Positions 39,995 through 54,940 of a stretch of DNA of 64,000 nucleotides are shown in pieces. A program made the translations under genes and the position numbers. A model generated the notes under the pieces. That model was not told where the DNA came from. It was given only the letters and a program-made list of their open reading frames with translations, and ran no database searches. Each line of letters starts with the position of its first letter. Positions within the stretch are counted from its first letter, which is position 1. The stretch is from Octopus vulgaris (lineage: Eukaryota). Location: positions 17,112,001 to 17,176,000 of the forward strand of contig OX597816.1 in the NCBI GenBank assembly GCA_951406725.2, given 5' to 3'.

Positions 39995-40465
39995 CATCAT
40001 CATCATCATCATCATCGTTTAACGTCCGTTCTCCATGCTAGCATGGGTTGGACGGTTTGACCGGGGATCTGGGAAGCCAGAAGGCTGCACCAGGCTCCAG
40101 TCTGATCTGGCAGTGTTTCTACAGCTGGATGCCCTTCCTAACGCCAGCCACTCCGTGAGTGTAGTGGGTGCTTTTTCGTGCCACCTGCACAGGTACCAGG
40201 CGACGCTGGCAACAGCCATGATCGGATTGGTGCATTTTACGTGCAACCGGCACGGAAACCAGTCAAGGCGGCACTGGCATTGGCCATGATTCGGATGGTG
40301 CCTTTTACATGCCACCGGTACTGAAGCCTGTCTAGGTGGCGCTGGCATCGGCCACTTTCAGATGGTGCTTTTTACGTGCCACCGGCACAGGGATCACGAC
40401 TGCAGTTTCCATTGATTTTGATGTTGGTGTACTTGACTCAATGGATCTCCTCAAGCACAGGGTCG
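39995..40465 (-). mobile_element. Family B retroelement (RTE 3' UTR-like)
   Basis: (CAT)n gtttaacgtccg... with several tandem internal units. Confidence 0.85.
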
Positions 40466-40856
40466 AAATGGTGTTTCTTCACTATTTTTGTTCCTCTATA
40501 TTTTAAGCTCTCAACTGGTGCAAAGCTACCACCTCCTCAATACTACTCCCTACTCTAGGTTGAGAAGTTTTTGTCTTGCAAGGTATGTGGTGACCCTGTT
40601 GATGCTGATGTCACGTAAAAACCATTTGAACTAGTGCCATGTATAGAGCACTCAGTGCAATCTGTTAAATGGTTGGTATTATGAAGGGCATCCAGCTGTA
40701 GAGACCTTGCCAAACCAGACAATGGAGCCTGGTACAGCTCCTATCCTAGCCAGCTCCTACCAAACCATCCCACCCATGCCAACATAGAAAATGGAATTTA
40801 AATGATGATGATGATGATGACAATATTTATATATATATGTATGTCAATATTTATTA

Positions 40857-41172
40857 AAACCCCCTTCGGTCATGTCTGACCATGGGATTGCACCTAGAAA
40901 GTTACCCTCCTAGGCACAAGTCCAGGCAAGGTTGTTTATGGAAGACCAGCAGTCCAGCCTCCCCTGTCCATGCCACCAGTGTTATCCAAGGGAAAGGCAA
41001 AGAGGCCGATACAGCTTGGCACCTGTGACGTCACAACTCATTTCTACAGGTGAGTGAACTGGAGTAACATGAAATAAAGTTTCTTGCTCAAGAACACAAC
41101 ACACAGCCTGGTCTGGGATTCGAACTCACAACCTCACGATCACAAGCTTGACGCTCTAGCCATGCGCCTTCA
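40857..41172 (-). mobile_element. SINE family D
   Basis: Reverse-complement match to 20703-21026. Confidence 0.85.
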
Positions 41173-41290
41173 CATGCATCTATAGCCATGTGTCTATATT
41201 TCATCATCATCATCATCATCATTTAGCGTCCGTTTTCCATGCTAGCATGGGTTGGACGGTTCGAAAGTCATAATGACATAACTCTATATA

Positions 41291-41819
41291 TGTAAACAAT
41301 ATGAAAAACCAGTATGTGGATTCCTTGTATGCTAAAAATAGATGTCAAACCATCTTACCATAAAATCTGTGTTCTCAAATTAGCAAGACGCTAAATGTTT
41401 ACAAGCTAGACAAATGAAAAGACATAAACATAGCATTTAATTCCATTCCTTAAGGTTTTAACATGAACAATTCAATAATTATCTGTGGCTCTTCAGTGAA
41501 ATCGGTGCTGACACAGCAATGGAACTGGACACCACTTGTTAAAACACATTATATTGGAACTCTATACATTCGTATCCTTTCACAGAGACAGGTGGTATCC
41601 AGTTCCGATTTCATTGATGAGACACAGACAATTATTGAATTGTTTATGACGAAGCCTTCAGGTATGAAATTAAGTGTTATGTTTATTTCTTTTCATTTGT
41701 CTAGTTCATAAATATTTAGCGTCTTGCTAATTTGAGAACACAGATTTCGTGGTAAGACGGTTTGATATCTGTTTTTAGCATACAAGGGATCCACATAGGG
41801 GTCTCTCATATTGTTTACA
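41291..41819. mobile_element. Penelope-like fold-back (~240-bp arms, ~50-nt spacer) with a hammerhead relic in each arm
   Basis: Arms ~41291-41538 and ~41592-41819; atttca TTGATGA gacacagacaat-tattga-attgtttatgac GAAG cc-ttca-gg TA tgaaat at 41608-41670; the opposite arm retains CTGAAGA. Confidence 0.75.
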
Positions 41820-41942
41820 TTCAAATAGAATTCATGGTCCTCTGACGTTTTTTAAGCATGCTGACCACTGGTTGAAATAGATATTATTTAATAATATCAA
41901 TGTCTACTCTTATTATATATATGTACACATATGTATAAAATT

Positions 41943-42350
41943 AATCCTTTCCACTGTAGGCACAAGACCTGATAATTTGGTGGGGGGGGGGGGGGGCAGT
42001 CAATTATATCGACTCTAGTACGCAATTAGTACTTAATTTATCAACCCCAAAAGGATGATAAGCAAAGTTGACCTCTGTGGAATTTGAACTCAGAATGCAG
42101 CAGCAGACGAAATACCTATTTCTTTATTACCCACAAGGAGCTAAACATAGAGGGGACAAACAAGGACAGACAAAGGGATTAAGTCGATTACATCGACCCC
42201 AGTGCATAACTGGTACTTAATTTATCAACCCCCGAAAGGATGAAAGACAAAATTGACCTCGGTGGAATTTGAACTCAGAATGCAGCGGCAGACGAAATAC
42301 TACTAAGCATTTTGCTCCACATGCTAACAACTCTGCCAGCTCACTACCTT
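41943..42350 (-). mobile_element. SINE family C dimer (junction 42116/42117)
   Basis: Two consecutive bodies with different 3' tails. Confidence 0.85.
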
Positions 42351-42592
42351 ATAAAATTAAATAATGTCAATGGAAGCTATAAACTGAAGCACAAGCATTC
42401 AGCTGTGAGTGTCCTGCACCTTGTAGCAGGGATGGTCATAAGCTAATGAAGTTCATTGCTTAATTTTCTGTTCCTTTGTCATTTATTTAATTTCATATTT
42501 TGCTCTGTATGCAACTGATGCTTTTTTTTCTGAATCATATATATGTTGACTTGTAACATCCCATTATTAGAATCACTATGCTTAAGTGAAAC

Positions 42593-42650
<58 letters not shown>

Positions 42651-42871
42651 GAAATATGTTACAAAAAGAAAATAGAAACTACATGTGGAAATATAAGGGT
42701 AAAGTAAGAAAAATCAATGAGAATGCACATTGTAAATAAAAATAGAAAAGGCTTTTTATGAAAGGTAACGACAGATATATACGATTAGATGAACTGAGGT
42801 AGTAATAAATATTATGAGATTATTGAAGAGATTCAAGCAGCATACCGCGGATTCGTCAGACTATTCATTGC

Positions 42872-43808
<937 letters not shown>

Positions 43809-44910
43809 CATATATATACAACAGGTTTCTGTAGAATTTCTGCCGACCAAATTCATTAGATGGCCCAGGACTATTTTAGAAGACACTTGCCCATGGTTTC
43901 ATACAGTAGGACTGAACATGAAACCACATAGTTGGAAAGTAAGTGTCTTAACCACACAGCCATACTTCTGCCTATAGCCATAACTGTGCCTATAAAGCCA
44001 TCACTATTGATCTTTTTCTTAATGATTGTGGTCACATTTTTTTCTAAGGGATACCAAATTTTCTCATAATTTTAGCAAACATTTTGTTTAGGAAATGCTG
44101 TCAAATACTTTTTGAAAGTCAATGGAAGATAAGACCATTGACAAATGCAATTCATTTGATTGCTGCATAACATGTTCCAAAGTAAATATTTGGCTGTCAC
44201 ATCCACTACCTTTCCTGAAGCCCCAGAGATCTATTATTGTTTAAGCACAACAATTGCATCCAATAATCGTTCCCTTCATACAAAATTTCAAGAGAGCTTA
44301 AAGAATGCCACACAAACTATGGGAATCCAGTATGGATTTCAAATAAAGAACCAGTACACACAAAAACAAAATTTCCTATTATTCTTGTACAAACGAGTTT
44401 AGCCTATGGACATTCATCATGCTATTGCACAGTAACTACTGATGCAAAATTCCTGGCCTTTGAAAATAAAGCTTTAAGGAGAATGCTGGTGATAGTTGGC
44501 AACAGAATATAACTAATGCTTCCATAAGGAAAGTGGTTAGGTTAGATGATGTAAATATTTTTGTTGAATTTTCAAGATGGAAATGGATGAGCCGTGTACT
44601 TAGAAGAACGGGAAGTCTTATGAAGCAAACTATTGCTTGTAAAAAGGAGAAGACAGTAAACTAAGGAGACACGGGGGAGAATGATGATGAAAGATGCGGG
44701 GGAAGGAAATTTGTTTGACATGGAAGAAAAAGCACAAAGCAAAAATAAGTAACAAAGAGTTCAAAAGCAGCTTTCTAGGCAACAGGAGAGAGAGAGCTGG
44801 AAGAATATAATGTAATATTTATCAAATGGAAATGGTAAAGTTATCTTTTTAAAGCCGGTAAACACAAAGACACACACGTATGCATGCACATAGTCACATA
44901 TGAATACCTA

Positions 44911-44952
<42 letters not shown>

Positions 44953-44953
44953 A

Positions 44954-45001
<48 letters not shown>

Positions 45002-45066
45002 GTTTGTCTGTCTATCCATCCATCCATCCATCCATCCATCTATCCATCTATCTATCTATCTATCTA

Positions 45067-45118
<52 letters not shown>

Positions 45119-45360
45119 CCTACACATATATGTATATATGTATATATATGTATGTATGTATATATATATGTGTGTATATATAGATATATATGTATATATA
45201 GATATATATATATACATATATAAGCAAAGGCTAAAGAAAGCCTTTAGCCTTTGCTTATGAGATATTTATAATTTTAACTGTAAAGGTTCTTTTAATATAC
45301 TGCCACAATTCCTGATGGAGTTTTTTTCTGTAGAGAAAAAGGCTACATCCCTTTTAATAG

Positions 45361-45404
<44 letters not shown>

Positions 45405-45714
45405 CGGTCCATTTATATATTTATATGGGCCCCATAGAGACAATGACCAAGGCCTTTGGTATTATGTCGTGCTTGAGAAGAAGACCCATCAAGCCAAGTA
45501 AAATTGCAGTCGTGGCAGGTATCGGTGTCATGCAAACGGCACCTGTGCCAGTAGCACATAAAAGCATCCATTACACTCTCAGAGTAGTTCACATTGGGAA
45601 GGGCATCCAGCCCTAGAAACTAGAAAACCATGCAAAATCAGACTTGAACCTGGCACAGCTACCCAGTGTGCCAGCCTAATCAAATCGTCCAACCCATATG
45701 ATTGTGGACAGCAA

Positions 45715-45871
45715 TTGCTTACCAACCACATGGTTCCAGCTTCAGTCCCACTGAATGGCACCTTGGTAAAGTGTCTTCTACTGTAGCCTTGGGCTAACCA
45801 AAGCCTTGTGAGTGGATTTAGTAGACAGAAACTGAAAGAAGTCCGATGTATATATATGTATATATATATAC

Positions 45872-45903
<32 letters not shown>

Positions 45904-46145
45904 GTGTGTGTGCGCGTGTGTGTATGTTTGTGCATCTGTGTTTGTCCTCCTAACATCTCTTGACAGCTGATGCTGGTATGTTTGTGTCCTCGTCACTTAG
46001 CAGTTTGGCAAGAGAGACCGATAGAATAAGTACTAGGCTTACAAAGAATAAGTCCAGGGGTCGATTTGCTCAACTAAAGGCGGTGCTCCAGCATGGCCGC
46101 AGTCAAATGATTGAAACAAATAATAGAACAAAAGAATAAAAGAAT
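45715..46145 (+). mobile_element. SINE family A
   Basis: Body and tail match 30573-30990. Confidence 0.88.
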
Positions 46146-46717
46146 ATCTTGTAGTTTTGAGATTTCGATAATGTGGTTATTTATTTTTAGAATGACATTG
46201 CAGTGTAGGTGTGAGGTGCCAGATGAAGCCGGTTTGAACATAAAACAGGTTAAATACTTGGGCCAGATATGACTGGTTTAAGTGGTAAATGATTAAGGAA
46301 TGTTAGACACAATAAAGATGGCTGGCAGTGAAGGAGAGGATAGTCATTAGTTGTATTGTGTTGAGTGAAGGCTTATCTAGCAGACAAATTACACTCTTGT
46401 TAGATAAGATACAAAATACTTGTGTGCATTTGAGAGTTATGTTATCTCAAATGTGTGAGAATATTTATATCTTAAGGTGCAGGTGTAGCTGTGTGGTTAA
46501 GAAAATTGCTTCCCAGCGACATGGTTTCAAGTTCAATTTCTGTGTGTGGAACCTTCGGCAAGTGTCTTTTACTATTGCCCTATGCCAAGCAGAGCTTTCT
46601 GAGTGGATTTGGTATATGGAAACTAAAAGAAGCCTGTTGTACACATAGATACATACATACTTATATATAAATATCTAATTGGAAATGAATCTCATTCATT
46701 TCCAATATTCTGCAAGA

Positions 46718-47081
46718 TCATGTCTGGGCATGGGAAAATATTACCTTGCTTGGGAAGAGATAAGGGTTACCGACAGGAAAGGCATCCAGCTGTAGAAAAA
46801 TCTGCCTCAATAAACGCCATCCACTTCATGCAAACATGGCAAAGTTAAATGATGATGATGATGATAATAATAATGATGATGATGATAACAACGATGGCAA
46901 CGACAATGACGATGATGATGATGACAATTATGATGACGATGATGATGATTCATGTCTGGCCATGGGAAAATATTACCTTGCTTGGGAAGAGATAAGGGTT
47001 ACCAACAGGAAAGGCATCCAGCTGTAGAAAAATCTGTCTCAATAAACGCCATCCACTTCATGCAAACATGGCGAAGTTAAA

Positions 47082-47112
<31 letters not shown>

Positions 47113-47200
47113 GGATGATGATGATGATGACAACAACGATGACAATGACAATGACGATGATGATGATGATGATGACAATTATGATGACGATGACGATGAT
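46718..47200 (+). repeat. Tandem duplication (~230-250 bp) of a family B-type tail plus its (GAT)n tract
   Basis: tcatgtctgg.catgggaaaatattaccttgcttgggaagag at ~46718 and ~46950; both copies keep the gacaattatgatgacgat interruption. Confidence 0.9.
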
Positions 47201-47519
47201 TCTCAAAGTGTAAAAACAATATCTATTGGAAATATGACTTGAATCCCTCCAGCTTCAGACTACCATGTTTGTCAATATTGCACTGATTTACACTTAACTT
47301 ACTAAAATAAGTCGGAATTTTGCTGGGAGTATTTTAACCTCCTCCATTATCTTTACTTTGCTGAAAAGAGCATTAAAAAATGTCATCATACATTTTAATG
47401 TCATTTTACTATAGTACATATTAAGAACATATGTGTGGATATGTATATATCTATCTAGTTAACTATCTATCCATTTTATCTCTCTGTTTATCTATTGTAT
47501 TTATCCATCCACTCCACTG

Positions 47520-48150
<631 letters not shown>

Positions 48151-48162
48151 GTGCATGTGTAT

Positions 48163-48378
48163 TCTTTTATTCTTTTACTTGTTTTAGTCATTTGACTGTG
48201 GCCATGCTGGAACACTGCCTTTAGTCTAGCAAATCAATCCTAGAACTTATTCTTTGTAAGCCTAGTACTTATTCTATCAGTCTGTTTTTCCAAACCACTA
48301 AGTTATGGGGGTGTAAATGAACCAGCAATGTTGGGGAGACAAACACAGATACAAACATATACATGCATACATTTACAT

Positions 48379-48431
<53 letters not shown>

Positions 48432-48593
48432 ACAGGCTTCTTTCAGGTTCTGTCTACCAAATCTACTCACAAGGCCTTGGTCAGCCAAAGGTTATAGTAG
48501 AAGACACTTGCCCTAGGTGCCACACAACAGGACTGAATCCGGAACCAAGTGGTTGGTAAGCAAAATACTTACCACACAGCTACTCCTGCGCCT
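48163..48593 (-). mobile_element. SINE family A, full length
   Basis: Complete match to the family. Confidence 0.9.
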
Positions 48594-48673
48594 ATATATA
48601 TATATATATATATATCGTCATCATAATCATCATCATCATTATTAAATGTCTGCCTTCCATGCTAGCATGGGTA

Positions 48674-48716
<43 letters not shown>

Positions 48717-49252
48717 CACAAGAGGTGTGAATTGACTGTATTAAATGTTTCATTGTGTTTGATTTGAACTCTCTGCATCTTGAATATAAATTCCACCATA
48801 GCCAGTTGCATCTTTTGTCATTCTAGGATCAATAAAGGATGTTTCTATAATACACTGGTTAAGGATTCATTAAGTATGTGTCAGTTTCGGAAATAAGCCA
48901 TACAGTTATTCAAAAGAAATCAGCATTTATATAACCATGTAACAATAATCTCTTATTTGATATGTATAATACAACTGTGCAAGTTTTGTCACTATATTAC
49001 ACAAACAGCAAAAGGTCTGAAGGGAAAAGTTATTCTCTGAAGGCAAAATACAACAGCGATTATCATATTTGTATTCAAATCTGCTGGAAGGTGTTAAGAA
49101 TGAATATACTTATTGTCATTTTGGTTTTTAGTGCTTTACATGGTCGTGGTAATTTGTTATCAAGTTGGCAGGCATCAGCACTCATCAGCAAATGATTTGT
49201 TTGCTCAGTTCTATAAACAAGAATTACCATTGTTGTTTAGATTCAGTGATCT

Positions 49253-49870
49253 GGTGTAGCTTTCTCTGAAGAGGCACAATCAGGTCAAAACATTAGTATC
49301 TTAATAAGGAGAGTACAGGAGGCGGTCGAAAAAGCCAGCTTCTATATATGGCTGAAGCGGGAAGACCAAAAATGGCTTGAAAGTCATTACATGCCGACGA
49401 AAAATAACATTACTAGTTGAGACAAGCTGACACTGAATCAGCTTTGCTGACTGACAGGTGACGATCGTTTGGAGAATGCGTGGGCTAAGACTATGTGCCT
49501 TCACTGGTCATTTAAGGTGAGACAGTGTAATGTGACAACTTGCTGGGGCTGCCTGCTGCAGACTTGCAGCAGGTATTTAAAGGGAAACATTTGACAAGTC
49601 AGTCACTCGCCCACTGACACTCACTGACGATACATTGAAGAGACCAGGGAACAGAAGAAAGAAGAAGAAAGAAGACATGCACCCAACACCAGAGCTGAAG
49701 ACACTTCCGAAAGGGAGGGCCCCGCCACGTCAAAACAGTAGAGAAGTAGGGGCCGAAACTAGATGTGGTTCCTCCTGATGATGTCTTGAGCTAACTGGAT
49801 CCTATAAAGGAGCTGTTGTGGTAGCGGACCACGAAACACGGTTGTAATTCCTCCAACATCATGTGTGTTC
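49253..49870 (+). mobile_element. 3' end of a restriction-like-endonuclease LINE (Hero/R2-group-like): ORF C-terminus plus 3' UTR
   Basis: Frame to the stop at 49420 reads ...ILIRRVQEAVEKASFYIWLKREDQKWLE..., resembling the AEKASxWIWLKR terminus I recall for Hero elements; CpG-retaining UTR with gccgaaac...ctgatgatgt. Confidence 0.65.
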
Positions 49871-50229
49871 TTGATACACATCATTTGAAGAGAAGTTTGC
49901 TGAAAATGAAATACAACAGTGATTAGCTTACTTGCATTCAAATCTGCAGGAATTTAGAAAATTTATTACAAATATACTCATCGTTATTACTAAACTTTAA
50001 CATAAGTTATTTCAGGATAATGTTTAATTACCATATTGAATAAGTTTGGGTGAGAGATTGGCAGTATTATTTGTACAGTGGATAAAATGTCTAGCAGTAT
50101 TTGGCTTAAAACTTTCATGCTCTGAATTCGAATCCTACCAATGTTGACCTTGTATTTTAACATCCTGGGCCTTAAGTCATTGGCTGTTGTTGTGGTAATT
50201 TAAACAGTATTATGTTTTTTTAATCATTC

Positions 50230-50635
50230 TTATTTCTTTATTGCCCACAAGGGGCTAAACATAGAGGAGATAAACAAGGACAGACAAAGGGATTAAGTCG
50301 ATTACATCGACTCCAGTGTGTAACTGCTACTTAATTTATTGACCCTGAAAGGATTAAAGGCAAAGTTGACCTTGGCGAAATTTGAACTCAGAACATAATG
50401 ACAGATGAAATACCTATTTCTTTACTACCCACAAAAGGCTAAACATAGAGAGGACAAACAAAGACAGACAAACGGATTAAGTCGATTACATCGACCCCAG
50501 TGAGTAACTGGTACTTAGTTAATCGACCCCGAAAGAATGAAAGGCAAAGTTGACCTTGGTGGAATTTGAACTCAGAGCATAAAGACTGCAAAGCATTTCG
50601 CCTGGCTTGCAAACATTTCTGCCAGCTTGCTGCCC
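50230..50635 (-). mobile_element. SINE family C dimer (junction 50414/50415); a third partial copy at 50655-50810
   Basis: Two consecutive bodies, both with the cccttgtggg..taaagaaata-type tail. Confidence 0.85.
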
Positions 50636-51269
50636 TTATTACACAACAAGCAGTAATAATCCTTTCTATTGTAGATTTAAGGCCTGAAATTTTGAGGGAG
50701 CAGGGAGCTAGTCAATTACATTGACCCCAGGGCTCCACTGGTATATAATCTTATCGACCTTGAAACGATGAAAAGCAAAGTCAATATCAGCAGAATTTGA
50801 ACTCAGAATGCAAATTCGCACAAACAACAAATTATAATAATGATTTCTAACATGGGCACAAAACTACAAAATGGTCAGTGAGACGTAATCATCATGTTAT
50901 CTATCTTTGCATATTCCCAATGTTATTATGATTAATTTTAGCTGATATTATTGATTGTCTATTCTACTCATGAAAATCAATAAGGTCTATCACTAGTTGA
51001 TGAATATTTTTGATCACCAAAATGTAAAGCGTTTGATTCTATTTATCCACAGGATTGAATGGGTTAAATAGTAAAAATATTCATTTCAAATATAGGCACA
51101 AGGCCAGGGGTCACCAATTGTAACAGGATGAGAGGTCCCTGCACTGGATGGGTGCAGCTCGCATCCTTTACATTAAATATTAATCGAAGGAAAGAGTCAA
51201 GACTTCCAATTAACTTCAACATTATAAATATTTATTTCTTGATTCGCAATACATACATTCCTCTTTTGT

Positions 51270-51575
51270 TTGTTTGTTCCTTCTCGAGCCATGTCTGGCT
51301 CATAAGGGCCGGTTTCCCGGTTTCTTTGGTGTATAGGTTCCCCACCTGGATGGGACACCGGTCCGTTGCAGGTGAGCTGCAAGATGCAGAAGGAAAGAGT
51401 GAGAGAAAATTGTGGCGAAAGAGTCAGCGGAGGTTCACCATTACCTTCTGCCAGAGCCATGTGGAGCTCATGTGTTTTGCTCATAAACACATACACATCG
51501 CCCGGTCTGAGATTCGAACCTGCGATCCCTCGACCGCGAATCTGCTGCTCTAACCATTAGGCCATGTGCCTCCAC
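51270..51575 (-). mobile_element. SINE family E
   Basis: Reverse-complement similarity to 43502-43808; B box ggttcgaatc. Confidence 0.8.
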
Positions 51576-52294
51576 ATTCCTAAGGAGATATGGGGGAGAA
51601 TGATGATGAAAGAAGCAAGGGAAGGAAATTTGTTTGACATGGAAGAAAAAGCACAAAGCAAAAATAAGTGACAAATAGTTCAAAAGCAGCCTAAGTGACA
51701 AAGAGTTCCACAATCGGCAGCCTAGGAGCTTATCGCAATAGTCAAGTGGAGTGAGCCAAATCCTGTCCGTTCAAGCATAGCTGAGATACACCATGAGGTA
51801 GCAGCTTGAGAGAGCTGATAAAACACAGCTGTCATGTTCAGCTGCCGACGTTCGAGAGAACAATACGAGGGAATTTTGCTGCTGCTAGTTTTCTGTACAT
51901 GTGCATGCGGGAACTTCCAGCAGGCCTCCCGGAAGAATCCAACTCTGCGTATGCGTGCTGGAGGTTTCCAAGATGGCATCACTACACTGATTACATCTAT
52001 CTCAATGAAATCAGTACCAGTGTTCAACAAGTACTTATTCCATTGACCCCAAAAGGATGAAAGGCAAAGTTAACCTTGGCAGGAATTGAACTCAAAATGT
52101 GAAGAGCTGGAAGAAATGTTATACATTTTGTCTAACACTAAGCATTCTCCCTGCTCATCACCTGAAATACTAATAATGATAGTACAGGTGTATCCATAGT
52201 AAAGTACAAAAGGTTTACCTTGTTTGTTACCATATTTATGCTGAAATATACTGCCTTAAAAATAATGAAAAGTTTATTAAAATAACTTAGTGAT

Positions 52295-52625
52295 TTGGCT
52301 TCTGTGCCTGTGGCATGTAAAAAGCACCCACTGATCGTGGCCACTGCCAGCCCCCCTCCCTCGGCATCTGTGCCGGTGGCACGTAAAAAGCACCAACCGA
52401 TCATGTGTCCGCTGCCAGCCTCCCCTGGCACCTGTGCTGGTGGCACGTAAAAAGCAACCACTACACTCACAGAGTGGTTGGCGTTAGGAAGGGAATCCAG
52501 CTGTAGAAACACTGCCAGATCAGACTGGAGCCTGGTGCAGCCTCCTGGCTTCCCAGACCCTGGTCAAACCGTCCAATCCATGCTAGCACGGAAAACGGAC
52601 GATAAACGATGATGATAATGATGAT
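52295..52625 (+). mobile_element. Family B retroelement
   Basis: Three internal units plus the conserved tail. Confidence 0.85.
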
Positions 52626-52795
52626 ATTTGGAACATAAATTAGCATGAAATTTTGAGATTTCTTTAAAACAGAAAGTTTTTATATTATAAAAACAGAGAC
52701 AGTTTCAGTTGGATGTGTTCACTCGTTGATAGATGCTTCTGATCAATTATAAGTCAAGTGATAGACTCTATTCATCCTCACTAATATGTAGTAAA

Positions 52796-53661
52796 CCCAT
52801 CAGCATTCGGACTATTCTTTCAAATGCAATGCCTTTTTATTCACATTGTTTTGAATTAACCCAGAATTATCTCATAGCTTCAGGATTTCAGTAATGTGAT
52901 TCTTTATTTTTAGTACAACATTGCAAAGTAGGCGTGAAAGGCTGAATCTGGCCAGTTGGAATATAAAACAGGTATAATATTTGAGCTATAGATATGGCCA
53001 GTTCAGATATAAAACTGCTAAAACGATTAGGCCAAATAAAAGAGGTAGGACATATGGGTCAAATATGGTCAGTTTGAATTTAAAAGCAGTAAGACATTTG
53101 GGCTAAACATGGTCAGTTTGATTATAAAAGAGGTAGGACATTTGGACCAAATATTGTCAGTTTGAATTTAAAAGCAGTAGGACATTTGGGCTAAACATGG
53201 TCAGTTTGAATATAAAAGAGGTAGGACATTTGGACCAAATATTGTCAGTTTGAATTTAAAAGCAGTAGGACATTTGGGCCAAATATGGTCAGTTGGAATG
53301 TAAAGAAGGTAGAATATTTGGGCCAAATATGGTCAGTTTGAATATTAAGGAAGTAGGACATTTGGGCCAAACATGGTCAGTTTGAATATAAAAGAGGTGG
53401 GACATTTGGACCAGATATGGTCAGTTGGAATGTAAAGCAGGTAGAATATTTGGGCCAAATATGGTCAGATTGAATATAAAGGAGTTAAGACATCTGAGCC
53501 AAATATGGTCAGATTGAATATAAATCAGGTAGGACATTTGGACCAATATATGGTCAGATTGAATATAAAAGAGATAGGACATTTGGGCTGAATATGGTCT
53601 CTTTGAATAAAAAAGAGGTAGGATATTTGGGCCGAATATGGTCAGTTGGAATGCTTAAGGT
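52796..53661 (+). mobile_element. piggyBac-like (TTAA) MITE whose subterminal 44-bp unit has expanded into a minisatellite
   Basis: Decayed ends taaa|cccatcagcattc ... gaatgcttaaggt|ttaa; ~15 units of gtaggacatttgggccaaatatggtcagtttgaatataaaagag (~52950-53650); unexpanded copy at ~46150-46296. Confidence 0.7.
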
Positions 53662-54059
53662 TTAAATAAATACTAATAGAATTTGCATAATGATTATCTA
53701 TTTTTGTTTTTTAAATGTAATCAATAGCAAAAGCTCTCATCAACAAATTGTTTTCATAGATTGTATGAAGACTCATGAATTTACTGTGATATAATGATTT
53801 TATTAATCTAAGTATTACTATAAGTGAATATTCATTTTTTTATTAATTAATATTTTTATCTTTTTTTTTATAATGTGTTATGATTTAATGACCGTAAAAA
53901 GTAGATGACACAGAATTATAAAAAATTTTAAAGCAAGAAGTAAACAAAAAAAATTTAAATAAAAAGGATACTTATACACGTTAATAAAAATAAGCTAAGC
54001 AGACTTTGATGGAATCTATTAAAGAACTTTTTAGAATATTTTGAGTTAAAATTAATCAC

Positions 54060-54739
54060 AGACAGAGAGGAGAGGAGGGAAGGGGTGGGGAGAGAAAGGA
54101 TAGAGAGAGGAGGGACGGGGAGAGGAGGGACAGGGAGAGAAAGGACGGGGAAGAGAAGGGACGGGAGACACGGAGGGGAGATATGGGGGAAGGAGGAAGA
54201 GAGGGGGAGAGAAGAAAGGTGAATGAGAGGGAGGGGAAGATCGAGAAAGAGAGGAACTGGGGGATAGGTTGGAGGAGGGAGAAGTGAATGGAGGAGAGAA
54301 GGGAGATGGAAAGGGAGACAGAAAGGGAGAGGGGGATGATGAGGAGGTTGAGAGAAAGGGGGAAAAAGAGAGGAAAAGGAGAAGCAAGGAGGAGAGATGA
54401 AAGAGGAGAAAGAAAGGAAAGAGAGGAGAGAGGGAGATGGGGGAAGATACAGGAACAAGAGAAGGTGGGTAGAGAGAGAGGGGGCAGAGAGAGAGACTGA
54501 GAGAGGGAGAGAAAAGAAGGAAAGTGAGAGAGATAGAGGGAGAGATGGAGGGAGGGAGAGAGTGACAAGAAGAAAGATAGAGGGAGAGATGGAGGGAGGG
54601 AGAGAGTGACAAGAAGAGAGATAGAGAGAGGAAGAACAGGAAGGTGAATGAGAGGGAAAGAGAGAGAAAGAGGAGATAGAAAGGGAGATGGGAGTGGGGA
54701 GAGAGGGATAATGGGGAGGTTGAGAGAGGAAGAGGAACC

Positions 54740-54772
<33 letters not shown>

Positions 54773-54940
54773 GTGAGAAGGGGAGACAGAAAGGGAAGAA
54801 GAGAGAGAGAGGTGAGGTGAGGTGAAAGGGAGAGAGGTTGAAGGATAGAGGGGGCAAGAGACAGGAAAAGAAGAGACAAACAGGGAGGATAGAGGAAGAG
54901 AGGGAGAGAGAGAGAGAGAGAGAGAGAAGAGAAAGGGAGA
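54060..54940 (+). repeat. ~880-bp polypurine (G/A) low-complexity tract
   Basis: Almost only A/G on the + strand; internal ~40-bp duplication near 54536 and 54580. Confidence 0.95.

Noticed and set aside
41455-41661. Apparent coding exon/ORF 41463-41711 with a cag|gtatga donor
   Set aside because: Lies wholly within the fold-back; the donor-like sequence is hammerhead stem III and cleavage site
53955-54879. Longest ORFs (300 and 275 aa, S/L/P/F-rich)
   Set aside because: Stop-free only because the strand is polypyrimidine; no splice or domain signal
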